A model generated the notes under the pieces. That model was not told the origin of the DNA, searched no databases, and saw only the letters and a program-made list of their open reading frames with translations. From Pyrinomonadaceae bacterium (GTDB taxonomy: Bacteria; Acidobacteriota; Blastocatellia; Pyrinomonadales; Pyrinomonadaceae), in the NCBI GenBank assembly GCA_035251975.1, contig DATFDT010000053.1, positions 762 through 64,761 of the forward strand: a stretch of DNA of 64,000 nucleotides, given 5' to 3'. Made by a program: the position numbers and the translations under genes. Below are positions 60,205-64,000 of this stretch, in pieces. The first letter of the stretch is position 1. Each line of letters starts with the position of its first letter.

Positions 60205-61193
60205 AGTATCCCGCAATGTCAACGTCAGCAATAAATCCAACTCCCACGACTGAGATTACTCCCAGGGTAAGTGTCATCATCCCGGCTTACAAAGTCGCAC
60301 CGTTCATACGCGAGACTTTAGAATCGGTATTCGCGCAAACGTTCACTGACTTTGAAGCAATCGTCATCAACGACGATTCACCTGATACGCCACAGCTCGA
60401 ACAAACGCTGGAAAGCTATAGCGGCAAAATCGTCTATCTGAAGCAACCAAATCGCGGCGCCGGAGCGGCCCGCAATTCCGGACTGCGTGTGGCCCGAGGC
60501 GAGTATGTGGCCTTTCTCGATGGTGATGATGTGTGGCTGCCGGAATTCCTGACCGAACAGTTGAAGTTGATCCAGAGTAAGGGTGGCTATGACTTAGCCT
60601 ACGCGGACGCCATCAACTTCGGTGAGCAGGGTTATGACAACGCCACCAACATGTCATACAACCCATCTTATGGCGAGGTGACTTTTTTGAAATTGCTCTG
60701 CGGAGAGTGCAGTATCGTAACCTCGACTGTACTGGCCCGCCGCGAGCCAATCATGAGAGTGGGATGCTTTGACGAGCGTTTCGTCAATTCACAGGACTTC
60801 GATCTCTGGCTACGCCTCGCGAGAGATGCCAACGCAAGAATAACTTACCAACAGAAAGTACTCGCGCGCAGACGGATCTATCGCGGCAGTCTGGCCTCGG
60901 ATCCGTTGCGTTCTTTCGCCGGTGAATTGTCCGTGTTGAATAATATGCGCGGAAGAGACGACCTTACGGCGGCAGAAAGAGAAGCGTTAGAAAACACTTT
61001 ACGAAAGCGACAAGCGACGGTGGAAGTCCTGAAGGGCAAGCAGGAGCTAACGGTTGGCGACTTCAAAAAGGCGGCTGAATCATTTGCGGAAGCGAATAAA
61101 TACTGGCCCAGCAGAAAACTGGAGATGGTTCTGATTTGCATGCGGTTCGCTCCGAGAGTTTTGCAACGGGTTTACCAGATGCGACGTACCTAG
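60201..61193 (+). CDS. Glycosyltransferase family 2
   Basis: VSVIIPAYKVAPFIRETLESVFAQT, IVINDDSPD, FLDGDDVW. TTG at 60201 (TTGA overlap), or alternatively the ATG at 60216. Confidence 0.85.
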   Translation: MKYPAMSTSAINPTPTTEITPRVSVIIPAYKVAPFIRETLESVFAQTFTDFEAIVINDDSPDTPQLEQTLESYSGKIVYLKQPNRGAGAARNSGLRVARGEYVAFLDGDDVWLPEFLTEQLKLIQSKGGYDLAYADAINFGEQGYDNATNMSYNPSYGEVTFLKLLCGECSIVTSTVLARREPIMRVGCFDERFVNSQDFDLWLRLARDANARITYQQKVLARRRIYRGSLASDPLRSFAGELSVLNNMRGRDDLTAAEREALENTLRKRQATVEVLKGKQELTVGDFKKAAESFAEANKYWPSRKLEMVLICMRFAPRVLQRVYQMRRT

Positions 61194-61206
61194 CAGATCT
61201 CGTTCT

Positions 61207-62745
61207 TTGGGTGAAATGGAAAGCACAACAGCTTTAACATCCCTGCCAGTGTCGAACGATCGATCTGAACATCTCAAAACCGATGGTCTGATGTCCGATC
61301 TCACTGGGCGTGCCGCTCGCGGCGGCACCATCATGGTTACCTCACAAGGCTTCAAGTTTTTTTTCAACATGGCCTCAGCAGTCGTGCTGGCACGACTACT
61401 CACTCCCCAAGACTATGGGCTGATAGCGATGGTGGCCGTAGTGACAAATTTTTCTTATCCATTTAGAAATCTTGGGTTGTCGGCGGCAACAATACAGAAA
61501 CCGGTAATCGATAATCGACAAGTCAGCAATCTATTCTGGGTCAACGTGGGGCTAAGCGTCGCCATCATGTTATTGACAATGGCCTTCGCGCCGGTCGTAG
61601 CCTGGTTCTATGGTGAGCCTCGCTTGATCTGGATCACTGTGGCAATTGCCGCGGGTTTTATCTTTAGTGGGCTCGCTATTCAGCATGAGGCGCTGCTCAA
61701 AAGGCAGATGCGTTTCTTTGGTTTGGCTGCGAGTGAACTGGGATCGATGCTTGCCGGAACCATAGCCGCAATTGCTTTGGCATGGTGGGGAGTGGGAGTC
61801 TGGGCGTTGGTGGGCGCCAACCTGGTAACTGCTTTCACTTTCATGACCGGTGTTTGGATAGCGTACCGTTGGCGTCCGGCCTTGCCGGCTCGTAACTCCG
61901 GCGTCCGTTCCATGTTGAAGTTTGGTAGAAACCTTACTGGTAATAACGTTCTCAATTACCTATCTCGTAACATCGACAATTTGCTCATCGGTCGCGTTTG
62001 GGGGCCGAGACAACTCGGCCTTTACGCAAGAGCTTATCAGTTGTTGCTACTGCCTTTAGATCAGCTATGTGCGCCAATCGACGGAGTCGCGATTACCGCT
62101 TTGAGCCGGCTAACAGATGATCCGGAACGTTACCGGGCAGCATATTTGCGCATGTTAGAGAAACTGGCGATGGTGACAATGCCCGCGATGGCCCTGATGA
62201 TTGGCACCTCGGATTGGATTGTGCGGGTGATGTTGGGTCCGCAATGGATTGAGACAGGTAAGATTTTTGCAATACTGGGAATTCTTGGCTTGATTGAACC
62301 TATTTCTAACACGATGGGATGGCTTCTCATCTCGCAGGGGCGCACACATCATGTTCTTCAATGGGGAGTGATTGACGCGGTTTTGTCAATCGCCTCGATT
62401 TTAGTTGGCTTGCCGTGGGGCGCAATCGGAGTGGCGACTTCATATGCTCTCACGGGAGTTTGCCTTCGTAAGCCACTACAGTTCTGGTTCGTCACACGTA
62501 CTGGTCCAGTTCTGACGAGGGACTTTCTTAAAACAATCATGGCTTCGGTTTTCGCTGCGATATGTGTGCTGGCGGCCCTTAGAATCTTCCGCTCAAACGT
62601 AGATTTTGAAAAGCCTTTTTGGGGTCTGGTAATCGGCGCCGCAATCGCGGGCGTCGTCTCGCTCTTGTCATTTTCAATTTTGCCGAGCGGAAGACGAGCG
62701 CTCGTAGATGTCCGAAACCTGGCCACGATTTTGGTCAAACGGTAA
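61207..62745 (+). CDS. wzx: MOP-superfamily polysaccharide flippase (Wzx-like)
   Basis: 512 aa with about 12-14 TM segments. The N-terminal region GGTIMVTSQGFKFFFNMASAVVLARLLTPQDYGLIAMV is typical of the polysaccharide biosynthesis protein/Wzx family. Confidence 0.8.
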   Translation: MGEMESTTALTSLPVSNDRSEHLKTDGLMSDLTGRAARGGTIMVTSQGFKFFFNMASAVVLARLLTPQDYGLIAMVAVVTNFSYPFRNLGLSAATIQKPVIDNRQVSNLFWVNVGLSVAIMLLTMAFAPVVAWFYGEPRLIWITVAIAAGFIFSGLAIQHEALLKRQMRFFGLAASELGSMLAGTIAAIALAWWGVGVWALVGANLVTAFTFMTGVWIAYRWRPALPARNSGVRSMLKFGRNLTGNNVLNYLSRNIDNLLIGRVWGPRQLGLYARAYQLLLLPLDQLCAPIDGVAITALSRLTDDPERYRAAYLRMLEKLAMVTMPAMALMIGTSDWIVRVMLGPQWIETGKIFAILGILGLIEPISNTMGWLLISQGRTHHVLQWGVIDAVLSIASILVGLPWGAIGVATSYALTGVCLRKPLQFWFVTRTGPVLTRDFLKTIMASVFAAICVLAALRIFRSNVDFEKPFWGLVIGAAIAGVVSLLSFSILPSGRRALVDVRNLATILVKR

Positions 62746-62760
62746 CCGATTGAAAACGAC

Positions 62761-64000
62761 ATGGCTGCACCATTCTTCGCGGTAAGAAAAGTAAATGGCG
62801 AATATCAAACTCAAGGCGTAGCTCATTGCTCCCTGGGTCACCGCATTCCAGCGCACAATAGCGATAAGACGGATGGAATCTTTGCTGAATGGAATTGGGA
62901 TGGAAGTAAATTAACAGTTACCAATGATCGTTACGGTTTTTTCATTCTCTACTACTTCGCCAGCGACAACGAATTCATAATCTCTCCTTCTTTAATCCAG
63001 GTTGTTGCGCACGGCGCGCCAACAGCCTTTGATGATGCGGCGCTCGCAGTTTTTTTGCGGCTCAGTTTTTTTCTCAGTGACGACACTCCTTTCAAAGCGA
63101 TCCGGCTAGTTCCGCCTGATACTTCATTTTATTGGAGCGACGGCAAGCTCAGCGTCACCGGGCGTTTTACTTCCAGTAAGTTCCAGAACCTGAAGCGTGA
63201 TGAAGTGATTGATACTTACATCGCGCTCTTCAGAAGCTCCATCGAGCGCCGGTTACAGAATTCGGGAAAGACTGCTGTGCCCTTGAGTGGCGGCCGTGAT
63301 TCCCGTCATATCCTGTTGGAGCTTTGCCGCGCCGGACATCCACCAGACATCACGGCGACTCTGCGTCATTTGCCACCACGAAGTAACGGTGACGCGGAGT
63401 CAGCGGCGCAGCTTACTGCCGCTTTGAAGATTCAACACACGATCCTCGATCAGCCCAAATCAAGGTTATCGCCCGAGCTGAGAAAGAACGTTGATACAAA
63501 TTTTTCAACGTTCGAACATGGTTGGATAATGCCAATGGCTGACTTTCTGAACGGGCGTGTGGAGTCTGCTTATGATGGGGTCGCTGGTGATGTACTCTCG
63601 GCGGGGCATTTTCTGGACGAGGAGCTTGTAAATCTATATGAAGCGGGGAATCTCCCCGGGCTGGCTGATTATCTCTTGACGTTTGATAACCCTGAGCGTG
63701 CTTTGCAATTGTTATTAACCGCAAAAAGGTACAAGGAACTCAGCTATGAATTGGCGAAGAGTCACCTGATTAAAGAGCTGGAAAAGCATGCCGAGCAGGT
63801 AAATCCAACGACTTCCTTTTTCTTCTGGAATCGCACTCGTCGAGTGGCGAACCTCAATAACGGACTGTTTTCTTCGGTCTCAAACGTGTACAGTCCATTC
63901 ATCGATCATGAGGTCTTTGATTTCATGACTTCGCAGCCGGCCAGCATGTACCTGGATTATCAGTTGCACACTGATGCGATCGCGCGGGCGCATCCGCAAT
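62761..64000 (+). CDS. Asparagine-synthase-related PP-loop protein lacking the N-terminal Cys nucleophile (partial; continues beyond the right edge)
   Basis: Absent from the ORF track because it runs off the edge. The ATG at 62761 gives MAAPFFAVRKVNG... (no MCG). PLSGGRDSRHIL is the SGGxDS PP-loop motif. The frame stays open to 64000. Confidence 0.7.
   Translation, partial: MAAPFFAVRKVNGEYQTQGVAHCSLGHRIPAHNSDKTDGIFAEWNWDGSKLTVTNDRYGFFILYYFASDNEFIISPSLIQVVAHGAPTAFDDAALAVFLRLSFFLSDDTPFKAIRLVPPDTSFYWSDGKLSVTGRFTSSKFQNLKRDEVIDTYIALFRSSIERRLQNSGKTAVPLSGGRDSRHILLELCRAGHPPDITATLRHLPPRSNGDAESAAQLTAALKIQHTILDQPKSRLSPELRKNVDTNFSTFEHGWIMPMADFLNGRVESAYDGVAGDVLSAGHFLDEELVNLYEAGNLPGLADYLLTFDNPERALQLLLTAKRYKELSYELAKSHLIKELEKHAEQVNPTTSFFFWNRTRRVANLNNGLFSSVSNVYSPFIDHEVFDFMTSQPASMYLDYQLHTDAIARAHPQ

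Noticed and set aside
1-64000. Is the locus a mobile genomic island (tRNA, integrase, IS elements)?
   Set aside because: I found no tRNA-like sequence, integrase, transposase or phage gene on either strand. By eye, base composition looks uniform. The repeats are non-autonomous and appear in both arms.

Overview
The window is almost entirely a ~63-kb cell-surface polysaccharide (O-antigen/EPS/capsule-type) biosynthesis supercluster. The host looks like a Gram-negative-type bacterium, since mpl sits at the left edge. Repeat style and gene content suggest Acidobacteriota, but that is a low-confidence guess. I call 53 CDS. A 30-gene minus-strand arm (31930 down to 1) and a plus-strand arm (32497 to 64000) diverge from a 566-bp non-coding region. 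One small minus-strand gene interrupts the plus arm at 56807-57058.

Gene content:
- dTDP-rhamnose genes, scattered (rmlC, rmlB, rmlD, rmlA)
- a GDP-mannose 3,5-epimerase homologue
- 7 further SDR epimerase/dehydratase genes
- 2 DegT-type sugar aminotransferases
- 11 glycosyltransferases (GT2 x4, GT4/GT-B x6, one GT41/SPY-like)
- a WecA/MraY-type initiating transferase fused to a WbpM/PglF-type N-domain
- 3 methyltransferases, a CE4 deacetylase and a NodU-type carbamoyltransferase
- 2 asparagine-synthase paralogues and a fatty-acyl-AMP ligase
- a five-gene carrier-protein-dependent acylation cassette

Export and polymerisation parts of two routes coexist: Wzm/Wzt (ABC) together with Wzx, two Wzy/O-antigen-ligase-like proteins and a Wzc tyrosine autokinase. 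Two secreted proteins (a beta-helix protein and a 907-aa HYR-repeat protein) and an atypical sigma-like/zf-HC2 pair are embedded in the cluster. I saw no rRNA, tRNA, CRISPR, transposase or integrase.

The most unusual signal is non-coding. About 22 palindromic elements from at least 7 families fill nearly every same-strand intergenic gap. Four families are hairpins whose arms are arrays of NNNNTG(T/C)G heptamers. Families A and B have identical geometry and differ by the same T->C change in every heptamer. All protein calls rest on motifs read by eye; no database search was possible.
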